From Vicinamibacterales bacterium (GTDB taxonomy: Bacteria; Acidobacteriota; Vicinamibacteria; Vicinamibacterales; UBA2999), in the NCBI GenBank assembly GCA_050748045.1, contig JBOGIW010000612.1, forward strand, positions 14,573 to 78,572: DNA of 64,000 nt. The letters run 5' to 3'. A program made the position numbers and the translations under genes. The notes beneath the pieces are model-generated. The model ran no database searches, had not been told where the DNA came from, and saw only the letters and a list, made by a program, of their open reading frames with translations. Positions within the stretch are counted from its first letter, which is position 1; the number at the start of each line of letters is the position of its first letter. Shown here one piece after another: positions 19,101-26,599 of this stretch.

Positions 19101-20564
19101 GGGCGCTTCGACGACCAGGTCAAACTTCGCGGCTATCGCGTCGAGCTCGCCGAGATCGAAGCGGTGCTCACGGCGCATCCGGCCATCCACAAGGCCGTGG
19201 CGCTGCTGCGCGAGGATGCGCCCGGCGATCGGAGACTCGTCGCCTACGTGGCCACGGGCGCAACTGACGTGCACGTCAGCGAGCTGCGCGACCACATGAA
19301 GCGGCACCTGCCCGACTACATGCTACCGACGGCCGTCGTCTGCCTGCCGGAACTGCCGATGGGTGCGAACGGAAAGATCGACCGACGCGCGTTGCCTCCT
19401 CCCGACCGCGATCGCCCGCATCCCGGCGCGGCGTATGTCGCACCGGCGAATGCTGTGGAGGAAGAGCTCGTGCACCTCTGGGAAGCGCTGCTCGACGTTC
19501 GTCCAATCGGCATGAACGACAATTTCTACGATCTCGGCGGTCATTCGCTGCTCGCCACGCGGCTGCTCGCTCAGATCCGCCTGCACTTCCAGGTCGAGCT
19601 GCCGCTATCGCTGTTCGTGACCGGCGCGACCGTTCGCGAGATGTCGGCGGTCGTTCGAACACAGAACGCCGCCAGCTCGATCGTCGTGCCGATTCAACCC
19701 GAAGGCACGAGGCCTCCGCTCTTCTGCGTGCATCCTGCCGGCGGGCAGGTGCTCTGCTACACGAACCTTGCGCGGCACCTCGACCGGAGTCAACCGCTCT
19801 ACGGATTGCAGGATCCCTACGCGAATGCGCCTGGGGGGTACTCGCCGCATTCGATCGCGCAGACGGCTGGAGCGTACGTCGCGGCCATTCGGCGTGTTCG
19901 TCCACACGGCCCCTACTGCCTGCTCGGCTGGTCGTTCGGCGGCACGGTGGCCTTCGAGATGGCGCAGCAGCTTCGCCGCGCAGGCGAAGACGTTCCATTG
20001 CTCGTGCAGCTGGATACGCCGGCACCACGATTCGCACGTCGGCTGACGCGAACGGAACGCGACGATTGCGTCATCCTTGCCGGCCTCGCGCGCGAGCGAG
20101 CGTATGTCGACGACCTCGAGGTGGCGATCTCGTCCGACGATCTACTGCAGCTCGCGAGGCAGCGGCGCTGTTGCCACGTCGTGGAACGCCTCAACGCCGC
20201 CGGCGTGACGCACCCGGGCGTGACGGCCGAGTCCTTCGAACAGCAGCTCGAACGGTGGTGGGGCCGCATCCATTCGCTGCAGACGTACGAGCCGCACGTG
20301 TACTCGGGCCGTATGCTCCTCATTCGCGCCGCAAGCACCGACACGGCGCTGCACCACGATTGGGCGGAGCTGATGACATCGACCTACCGCGATCGCGCGC
20401 TCGGCTGGAGCGAGTTCGTGTCGACGCCGATCGACATTCTCGACGTGCCCGGCCATCACAACACCATCGGCCGCGAGCCGTACGTGCGGGAGCTGGCGGC
20501 CCAGCTCGCCGCGCGTCTCGCGGCTGCCGTCGCCCGTATGTCGCCCGCTCCCGCATCCGTGTAG
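13188..20564 (+). CDS. NRPS, two modules plus terminal thioesterase: C-A-T-C-A-T-TE
   Basis: C: LSFAQERMWF/HHIVVDGQS. A1: FTSGSTGRPKG; hand-extracted code approx DAFTLGVTFK (aliphatic, Ile/Val-like). T: FFDLGGHSL. C: HHIVADAWS. A2: approx DLTKVGEVGK (Asx-like). T: FYDLGGHSL. TE: LLGWSFGG. Confidence 0.95.
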   Translation: MMIRSQREDPVSELDGRESANEARRTRLSAAKRLLLEQRARGQAPLRGALDCIPARPPGDAPLSFAQERMWFLQQLYPAGAAFHVRVVQRLRGPLDVNLLEECLQTIIGRHEALRTTFPAHDGVPAQVVSPSATCSVTLVDLRHLGDVERQAAIAATIDGETSRPFDLASGPLLRVSVMRLRSEDHVLLLVTHHIVVDGQSVGTLFRELGELYGARKAGLRPRLPDLPIQYADFAAWQRSSLTAERLERHLAYWKEQLAGAPPVLELPTDRPRPAVPTHRGAHRRVRIAAPLTRALKAVSRRAGATMYMTLLATFEILLARYTGQTDVVVGSPVAGRLRAELEPLIGCFINMVTLRANVADDPTFEAFLARVRQTVLDAQEHQELPFEQLVAELQPERAVHTTPLFQVLFGFQNVEEGGLRLAGTTAETIDHPVTTTAKHDLSVSLTERGGEVTGAVEYATDSFDPTTIDRFIGHYMTLLEEIVARPGSRLSQLRLLSPAEHRTMAEWQVSSPVSIPTVPEVFAAHAAATPAAVAVVEGARTLSYGDLERRANRVAHALRQRGIRRGTLVGVSLPRSIDLVVAQLAVLKVGAAYVPLDPGYPAERLGIMVGDTETPLVISDPASPNRLPSGIAVVDAAALESEAPPIDATPPCPAAADDLAYVMFTSGSTGRPKGVMVTHRGILRLAGASGLIALGPDDTLAHVSNPSFDAATFEIWGALLNGGRLVVMPHDLVLTVDAFVAALRDSGVTTLTLTTPLFNEVVAHVPDVIGRMRHVLFGADRVDPASVATAIVHGAPERLLHVYGPTENMTFTTGFHVRQAPKRGETVPIGRPVTDTCTYVLDRFRQPVPPGVIGELVVGGAGLSPGYWKRPALTAEKFVPDPLSAIPGSRVYRTGDLGRWRVDGELEFVGRRDHQVKIRGFRVEPGEIEAVLRGHPSVGACAVVAREEPKGRRLVGYVVGTAGAGFDLESDLRSFLSARLPDYMVPSALVRLERLPLTPNGKVDRGALPGPDAERPVTAAPRTPTEEVIAGIWAEVLGLDDVSVHDDFFDLGGHSLLAMRVVARMRRAFGIDLAVRALFEKPTVAALAAEIARTAARGRHADVPPPAAGAARPDRLPLSFAQQRMWYMQQLAPASTALHIPLTWRGRGHLDIEALSWALTELLDRHETLRTRFPLRDGVPLQIIDPPAPVTIDVEDHRTLTVEAQEFIVRARTRAVIEQPFDLATGPLWRARVMKLGADHHVLALVLHHIVADAWSLDIFCRELAALYSARLSARSSPLAPLSLQYADFSTWQHTWLEGDRLDRELAFWKANLAGAPALLQLPSDRPRPPIASGRGGNAPVRIGPALTKALRALSRQHDVTLYMVLLAAFQVLVTRYTGQKDLVIGTSIAGRTQAEAESLIGVFFNVLPLRTSLAGNPSFVELLGRVRETTLGAYQHQDLPFERLVRELSLPRTLSYSPVFQVLFELHDSQLSAPALPGLVIDSVWIEGSHTAKYDLTMSLVQQGDGVAGGVEYSRDLFEPATVERLVGHYLTLLESIVQEPGQAIAQLPLIPAAERRQLVNEWNATALSWDPACLDELFEAQAHATPTAVAVEAADGASWTYAALNARANQLARILRRGGVGPDDRVAICVPRSIDLIAGLLGVLKAGAAYVPLDPSYPAERLQYMASDAGVRSIVTHASCAAMFAANAPVLCLDRMTEALAAEDSADLPRVTTPAHLAYVYYTSGSTGRPKGVAINHDGIVNYVRWGCRAYGAAMGGGAPLHSSIAVDLTLTNLLPLFAGGRVQLVEEGPGVDGLVKALHARPRWGLLKLTPTHLALLNPALTPEEREASARVLVIGADQLTAEPTAVWQETAPGVTLINEYGPTETVVGCSSYVFDRRAPKAGVVPIGRPIANTTFYVMDPERELLPIGIPGELYIGGVGVARGYWGRPGLTAAQFVPDPFRGIPGGRMYKTGDRARYLPSGDLECLGRFDDQVKLRGYRVELAEIEAVLTAHPAIHKAVALLREDAPGDRRLVAYVATGATDVHVSELRDHMKRHLPDYMLPTAVVCLPELPMGANGKIDRRALPPPDRDRPHPGAAYVAPANAVEEELVHLWEALLDVRPIGMNDNFYDLGGHSLLATRLLAQIRLHFQVELPLSLFVTGATVREMSAVVRTQNAASSIVVPIQPEGTRPPLFCVHPAGGQVLCYTNLARHLDRSQPLYGLQDPYANAPGGYSPHSIAQTAGAYVAAIRRVRPHGPYCLLGWSFGGTVAFEMAQQLRRAGEDVPLLVQLDTPAPRFARRLTRTERDDCVILAGLARERAYVDDLEVAISSDDLLQLARQRRCCHVVERLNAAGVTHPGVTAESFEQQLERWWGRIHSLQTYEPHVYSGRMLLIRAASTDTALHHDWAELMTSTYRDRALGWSEFVSTPIDILDVPGHHNTIGREPYVRELAAQLAARLAAAVARMSPAPASV
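19670..20561 (+). other. Terminal TE domain of the NRPS (approximate)
   Basis: PLFCVHPAGGQVLCY..GWSFGGTVAFEMA..VPGHH. Confidence 0.85.
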
Positions 20565-20588
20565 GTCACCCGTCCGGGGGGTTCGCGT

Positions 20589-23500
20589 ATGGCCACCACC
20601 TCTTCGGCTCGATCGGCGCGATACGAAGCGCAGGTCGCCGAAATCCTGGCTCCGCTCTTTGGGTGTTCGGAGGCAGACGTGGACCGGAGCTCGACGTTCC
20701 TCGAGCTCGGCGCCGATTCCCTGCTCCTCATGCGCGCGAGCCGCGCCATCGAGCAGCGCTTCGGCGTCACGATCCCGTTCCGGACGCTGATGGGGGGCCT
20801 GGGGACGGTGCGCGATCTCGCCGCGCATCTCACGACCAACATCCCTGCCGAGACGCCCGCCGCGGAGCTGGACGTGCCGCTGCCCGAAGCGCCGTCGGTC
20901 TCTCCCGATCCGCCGCGGTCCTCGACCTGGGCGGCCCACGGTGATCGTGGCGGCGCCTCGGATCTCGAACGGATCGTCAGCGATCAGCTCCACCTGATGT
21001 CGCGCCAACTCGAGCTGCTGCGGCGCGCACGAGCAGGGACGCACGACCGGCGGCAGGACCAGCCGAGCGCCGCTCCGACAGTCGAAGCGGCCGCTGCGCC
21101 GGACACCGCGACACCCGAAGCGTTCGGGCCGTTTCGTCCCGCGTCTCGGCAGACGATCTCGGCGATGACCGACCGCCAACAGCGGCACTTGTCCGACCTT
21201 GTCGCGCGCTACACAGCGAGGACGGCGGCGTCGAAGCAATTCGCCGCCGAGCATCGCCGTTGCCTCGCCGATCCGCGGGCGCCAGCCGGCTTCCAGCTCG
21301 CCTGGAAGGAAATGGTGTATCCGCTCGTGGGCAGCCGGTCGAAGGGCTCGCGGCTGTGGGACCTGGACGGCAATCAGTACGTCGATTTCACGATGGGGTT
21401 CGGCGTTCACCTCTTCGGCCATTCGCCGCCCTGCGTGACCAACGCCATCGCCGCGCAGCTCGCCGAGGGCCTGCACCTCGGACCGCAGACGGAACGAGCC
21501 GGCCGCGTCGCCGCCCTCCTGGCCGAGTTGACCGGCATGGAGCGCGTGGCCTTCTGCAACTCCGGCACGGAAGCGGTGATGGGCGCGATCCGGCTCGCGC
21601 GAGCCGCAACCGGACGTGCCCGCATCGCGGTCTTTTCCGGCGCGTATCACGGCACGTTCGACGGCGTACTCGGCCGCGAGCAGACCGTCGGCGGCGTCCG
21701 GCGCACCGCACCCGTCTCCATCGGGACGCCCCTCTCGCTGGTCGCCGACGTGATGGTCCTCGACTACGGCGATCCGGCATCGATCGACGCCGTTCGACAT
21801 GCCGCTGATCTGGCCGCGGTCCTCGTGGAACCCGTCCAGAGCCGCAACCTGTCGCTGCAGCCACGCGCGTTCCTCGAGGAACTGCGAGCGGTGACGGCGC
21901 AGGTCGGTGCGGCGCTCATCTTCGACGAGATCATCTCCGGCTTCCGCGTGCATCCCCGTGGATGCCAGGGCTGGTTCGGCGTGAGCGCCGACCTTGCGAC
22001 CTATGGAAAGGTCGTGGCCGGCGGCCTGCCGATCGGTGTGATCGCGGGGGCGGCGCCCTTCCTCGACCGGATCGACGGCGGCTCCTGGCAGTACGGCGAT
22101 CGGTCGTGCCCGACGGTTCCGCAAGCGATCTTCGCAGGCACCTTCTCGAAGAACCCGCTGACGATGGCCGTGGCCGAAGCGGTCTTGTCGGCGATCCGAG
22201 AGCAGAGTCCCGAGTTGCAGGAGTCGCTGAACCGTCGCACCGGCGCCCTCGCGGAGGCGCTCAACGCCATCTTCACGCGCTGGCGAGCGGCGATGCAGGT
22301 GCACCACTTCGGCTCGATGTTCCGGTTCGCGCGCCGGCCCGACGCTCGCTGGCTCGATCTGCTCTTCTACCACCTCGTCGACCGCGGCGCGTACATCTGG
22401 GAGGGGCGAGGCTGTTTCCTGTCGACCGCGCACGGTGACGCGGATGCGACCTTCCTCGTCGACGCCGTCGACGACAGCCTTCGCGAGCTCGAGCGGGAGG
22501 GCTTTCTCGGCGAGCGCCCGCTCCCGGCCCCGGCTTCCGCGCCGACGCACACGTTCGTTCCGATGGCGGCGTCGGCGAGGCAGATCTGGGTGCACTCGCA
22601 GATCAGCGAGCAGGCTTCCCTGGCGTACAACGAGCTGCTCTGCCTCCGGATGCACGGCGAGATCGATATCGACGCGATGCGGCAATCGGTCCGGCAGCTC
22701 GCCGAACGCCATGACGCGCTTCGAGCTACGGCGGACGAATCGGGTGAACGGTGGTGCGTGGCGGGCGAGGTGGCGGCCGACGTCGCTCGCATCGACCTGT
22801 CGGAACGATACGCCGGCGAAGGCGAGGTCGCCATGGCGGCGGTACTCGACGAGGCGATAGGCGAGCCGTTCGATTTGACCCGCGGGCCGCTCTTCCGCGT
22901 CCGGCTCTATCGTCTCGCCTCCGACCAGCATCTTTTTGCGCTCGTATTTCACCACCTGGCGATGGACGGATTGTCCGCTCAGTTGTTCCTGCAGGAGCTG
23001 CGGACGATGTACGTGGCGGCCATCGAGCGACGCCCGCATGCGCTGCCGCCGGCGAGGCAGTTCAGCGAGCGCGCCGGCGCCGCGCCGGGTCTCCATTCAT
23101 CGGCCGACGCCCTCCACGGAGAGCGCTTCTGGTCAGAGCTGTTGGATGGCGCGGCGCCGCTGCATCTGCCGCTCGACCGGCCGCGCCCGGCGATCGGCGT
23201 CAGCGACGGCCGGCGTGAGCGGATCACGACGCGTGGCGGGCTCGGCGCGGCACTCGCCGACGACGCGGCGCGCGCCAACTGCTCGCTCTTCGTCGTTCTC
23301 CTGTCGGCCTTCGTCGCCACGCTGCACCGCTTGTCGCGACAGAACGACTTCGTCGTGGGTGTGACCTCGATGGGCCGCGCGTTCGACGGCGACCAGCGCA
23401 TGATCGGTCACTGCGTCGATCTGCTGCCGCTGCGCAGCCGTGCGGCCGACGACCCGGAGCTCAGCGGGATCTTCGGGGCGATGAAGTCGCAGCTCCTCGA

Positions 23501-26500
23501 CGCGCAGCAGTACGCGCCCTGGTTGCATCCGAGCAGCGGACCCCGCCGACTCCCCGCCATTCGCGCAACGTTCAACATGGATCCGCCGGCTCGCGACGCC
23601 GGCAGCTCGCTCGACTTCGGGTCGATACACGTCACGAAGCTTCCGGGACGCGTTCGCCACGTCAAATTCGACGTGCAATGGAACGTCGCCGTCGTCCAGG
23701 ACGAGCTCTCGATCGTCTGCGACTACAACGCCCGCTGCTTCGACCCCTCGTCCATTCGATCGATGCTCGACACGTACGTGCAGATCTGCACGCTCGTCGC
23801 CCGGACGGCGCATGTTCGATTGTCCGAGCTGCCCCCCGTGACCGACGTCGGGCGGGAGCGGCTGATGGCCGAACGCGCCGCAACGGCGCGCTCCGTTCCG
23901 CACACGACCATTCCGGCCCTGTTCGAGACGCAGGTCCGGCGAACGCCGCATGCGGTCGCCGTGGCGTGCGGCGAAGAGCGGCTGACCTACGCACAGCTCG
24001 ACGAACGCGCGAATCGGCTCGCGCATCACCTGATCGCCTCGGGCGTCGGCCCAGAGCGGCTCGTCGGCGTGGCGCTGCCTCGCTCGACAAATCTCGTGGT
24101 GGCGATCGTCGCGACGTTGAAGGCTGGTGGAGCCTACGTGCCGATTGAGCCGGACTATCCCGACGCTCGGCTCGCGTTCATGATCGAAGACGCTCGCCCG
24201 AGCCTGGTGCTGACGACCGCGGCGATGCAGCCGCGGCTGCCGCCCGTGGCGCCGACGCTCGATCTCGACGACGAGGCAGTCCAGGACATGCTCGGGCGGC
24301 TGCCGTCGGCGCCGCCCGACCTCACCGTTCTCCCGCAGCATCCCACGTACGTGATCTACACGTCCGGATCCACCGGCGCACCGAAGGGTGCCACGAACAC
24401 ACACGAGGCGCTCGTCAACCGCTTGCTCTGGATGCAGCACGCGTACGGACTGAACGAAGGCGATCGCGTCCTGCAGAAGACGCCATACGGCTTCGACGTT
24501 TCGGTCTGGGAGTTCGTCTGGCCGCTGATCGTAGGGGCGCAGGTCGTGGTGGCCTCGCCGGGCGCGCATCGCGACCCGGTCGCGATTGCCGACGCCATCT
24601 GCGAGCACGGCGTCACGACGGTTCACTTTGTACCGTCGATGCTGCGCGAGTTCCTGCGGTCGCCCGCCGCACCGCGTTGCGTGACGCTGCGCCGCGTCAT
24701 CTGCAGCGGCGAGGCGCTCGCCGGCGATCTGCGGCAGCGGTTCTTCGACGCGCTTCCCGCGGTCGAGCTGCACAACCTCTATGGTCCGACTGAGGCGGCA
24801 ATCGACGTGAGCGCCTGGGCGTGCCGCCCCGACGAGGGCCATGCGGCGCCGCCGATCGGCCACGCGATCTGGAACACCGCACTCTACATCCTCGACGAGC
24901 ACCTCCAGCCGGTGCCGGACGGCGTCATCGGCGATCTCTACATCGTCGGCGCCGGGCTCGCGCGTGGATACCTGCGGCGGCCCGGGCTGACGGCCGACCG
25001 GTTCATCCCTGATCCGTACGCGGATGGAGCGCGGATGTATCGGACCGGCGATCTCGCCCGTCGACGGCAAGGCGGCGCGCTCGAGTTTGCCGGGCGTCGA
25101 GACGATCAGATCAAGCTGCGCGGAGTACGGATCGAGCCTGGCGAGATCGAGGTGGCGCTTCGCCGACATCCGGCGGTCCGTGACGCCGCGGTGGTGCCTG
25201 TCGCGAGCGCCGACGGCGGGAGTCGACTCGCGGCGTACGTCGCGCTCGATACCCGTGTAGCCGGAACGGCGCTGCGCCTGGCGGCGTGCGAACGGGAAGG
25301 CCGACTCTCCGCTGACGCGTGGGTCGAGCTTCCCAACGGCTTGCCGGTCGCGCACCTGACTCGCGGTGAAACGGAGTTCCTCTACGACGAGATCTTCGCG
25401 CGGCAGCGGTATCTGCGACACGGCGTGACGCTCTCGCCTGGCGCATGCGTGCTCGACGTCGGCGCGAACATCGGCATGTTCAGCCTGTTCGTCGGGCACC
25501 ACTACCCGGGCACGCGCATCTACGCATTCGAGCCGATCGCAGCGATCCGCAAGGTGCTGGAGCTCAACGCCGGAATTCACGGACTCGACGTGCGGGTGAT
25601 CGGTGCCGGCCTCGCGGAAGAAGAGGGCGAGCGAACGTTCACCTTCTACCCACGCATGTCGATACTCTCCGGTCAGTTCGCCGATGCGGATCAGGAGCGC
25701 GCCGTCGTCACCGCCTACGCACGGGGGCACGCCACCGGCTCGGCGGACGCGTTCGACGAGCTGCTCGACGACCGGCTGGCGGCGGAAAACGTGCGCTGCC
25801 GGGTGACCACCATCTCCGCGGCCCTCGCGGAGCAGCGAATCGAGCGGGTCGACCTCCTCAAGATCGACGCCGAGAAGAGCGAACTGGCGGTGCTTGACGG
25901 ACTTGCCGCAGACGACTGGCCGAAGATTCGACAGGTGGTCGTGGAGGTGCACGACGAGCGTGCGGCGCTCCCGACCATCCGTGCCCGCCTGCAGCAACAC
26001 GGCTTCCACGTCTCCGAGGAGTGCGACGACAGCCTGGCGGCGACGGGACTGACCACGTTGTACGCGGTACGCGAAGCCGGTCGCGAGAGCGAAGTTCCTC
26101 CGGCCCCCGCGACATGGAGCAGCCCGGCGCGTCTCATCGCGGACATGCGCGCCCGTCTCGGCGAGTCACTGCCGGAGATCATGATTCCCCCGGTCTTCGT
26201 GCTGCTCGATCGACTCCCAGTCAGCGCGAATGGAAAGCTCGATCGGCGGGCGCTGCCGCTGCCCGACCGCGGGTCGCTGCAGGCCGCGTCTCTCGTCCCT
26301 CCCCGCACGCCCACGGAGGAGGTGCTGGCCGCACTCTGGCGCGAGGTGCTCGGCATCGACGGCTTCGGAGTGCACGCCAATTTCTTCGATCTCGGCGGCC
26401 ATTCGCTGCTCGCCACACGTGTGACGGCCGGCATCCGCCGTCACTTCCACGTCCAACTCCGCCTCCACGTCGTGTTCGACCAACCGACGATCGCGCAGCT

Positions 26501-26579
26501 CGCCGAGGTCGTGGAGACGGCGTTGCTCGACGCGCTCGATGCGATCCCGGAGGAAGAGGCCGCACGGCTCGTGGGCTAG
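20589..26579 (+). CDS. Hybrid synthetase: ACP - class III aminotransferase (AMT) - C - A(Ser-like, interrupted by an FkbM-type methyltransferase) - T
   Basis: Carrier LELGADSLLLMRAS. AMT: GSRLWDLDGNQYVDFTMGFG, FCNSGTEAVMGAIRLAR, YGKVVAGGLPIG. C: HHLAMDGLS. A: YTSGSTGAPKG; code approx DVWHISLIDK. MT: VLDVGANIGMFSLF, inserted between the RGVRIEPGEIE core and the A10 core NGKLDRRALP. T: FFDLGGHSL. Confidence 0.9.
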   Translation: MATTSSARSARYEAQVAEILAPLFGCSEADVDRSSTFLELGADSLLLMRASRAIEQRFGVTIPFRTLMGGLGTVRDLAAHLTTNIPAETPAAELDVPLPEAPSVSPDPPRSSTWAAHGDRGGASDLERIVSDQLHLMSRQLELLRRARAGTHDRRQDQPSAAPTVEAAAAPDTATPEAFGPFRPASRQTISAMTDRQQRHLSDLVARYTARTAASKQFAAEHRRCLADPRAPAGFQLAWKEMVYPLVGSRSKGSRLWDLDGNQYVDFTMGFGVHLFGHSPPCVTNAIAAQLAEGLHLGPQTERAGRVAALLAELTGMERVAFCNSGTEAVMGAIRLARAATGRARIAVFSGAYHGTFDGVLGREQTVGGVRRTAPVSIGTPLSLVADVMVLDYGDPASIDAVRHAADLAAVLVEPVQSRNLSLQPRAFLEELRAVTAQVGAALIFDEIISGFRVHPRGCQGWFGVSADLATYGKVVAGGLPIGVIAGAAPFLDRIDGGSWQYGDRSCPTVPQAIFAGTFSKNPLTMAVAEAVLSAIREQSPELQESLNRRTGALAEALNAIFTRWRAAMQVHHFGSMFRFARRPDARWLDLLFYHLVDRGAYIWEGRGCFLSTAHGDADATFLVDAVDDSLRELEREGFLGERPLPAPASAPTHTFVPMAASARQIWVHSQISEQASLAYNELLCLRMHGEIDIDAMRQSVRQLAERHDALRATADESGERWCVAGEVAADVARIDLSERYAGEGEVAMAAVLDEAIGEPFDLTRGPLFRVRLYRLASDQHLFALVFHHLAMDGLSAQLFLQELRTMYVAAIERRPHALPPARQFSERAGAAPGLHSSADALHGERFWSELLDGAAPLHLPLDRPRPAIGVSDGRRERITTRGGLGAALADDAARANCSLFVVLLSAFVATLHRLSRQNDFVVGVTSMGRAFDGDQRMIGHCVDLLPLRSRAADDPELSGIFGAMKSQLLDAQQYAPWLHPSSGPRRLPAIRATFNMDPPARDAGSSLDFGSIHVTKLPGRVRHVKFDVQWNVAVVQDELSIVCDYNARCFDPSSIRSMLDTYVQICTLVARTAHVRLSELPPVTDVGRERLMAERAATARSVPHTTIPALFETQVRRTPHAVAVACGEERLTYAQLDERANRLAHHLIASGVGPERLVGVALPRSTNLVVAIVATLKAGGAYVPIEPDYPDARLAFMIEDARPSLVLTTAAMQPRLPPVAPTLDLDDEAVQDMLGRLPSAPPDLTVLPQHPTYVIYTSGSTGAPKGATNTHEALVNRLLWMQHAYGLNEGDRVLQKTPYGFDVSVWEFVWPLIVGAQVVVASPGAHRDPVAIADAICEHGVTTVHFVPSMLREFLRSPAAPRCVTLRRVICSGEALAGDLRQRFFDALPAVELHNLYGPTEAAIDVSAWACRPDEGHAAPPIGHAIWNTALYILDEHLQPVPDGVIGDLYIVGAGLARGYLRRPGLTADRFIPDPYADGARMYRTGDLARRRQGGALEFAGRRDDQIKLRGVRIEPGEIEVALRRHPAVRDAAVVPVASADGGSRLAAYVALDTRVAGTALRLAACEREGRLSADAWVELPNGLPVAHLTRGETEFLYDEIFARQRYLRHGVTLSPGACVLDVGANIGMFSLFVGHHYPGTRIYAFEPIAAIRKVLELNAGIHGLDVRVIGAGLAEEEGERTFTFYPRMSILSGQFADADQERAVVTAYARGHATGSADAFDELLDDRLAAENVRCRVTTISAALAEQRIERVDLLKIDAEKSELAVLDGLAADDWPKIRQVVVEVHDERAALPTIRARLQQHGFHVSEECDDSLAATGLTTLYAVREAGRESEVPPAPATWSSPARLIADMRARLGESLPEIMIPPVFVLLDRLPVSANGKLDRRALPLPDRGSLQAASLVPPRTPTEEVLAALWREVLGIDGFGVHANFFDLGGHSLLATRVTAGIRRHFHVQLRLHVVFDQPTIAQLAEVVETALLDALDAIPEEEAARLVG
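21290..22510 (+). other. Aminotransferase (GSA-aminomutase-like) domain (approximate)
   Basis: See the motifs above. The arrangement is the same as the AMT of iturin/mycosubtilin-type loading modules. Confidence 0.75.
25260..26100 (+). other. FkbM-family methyltransferase insertion inside the Ser-type A domain (approximate)
   Basis: LTRGETEFLYDEIFARQRYLRHGV..VLDVGANIGMFSLFVGHHYPG..IYAFEP...LLKIDAEKSELAVLDG. Confidence 0.75.
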
Positions 26580-26599
26580 ACCATCCACAGGACGAGACA

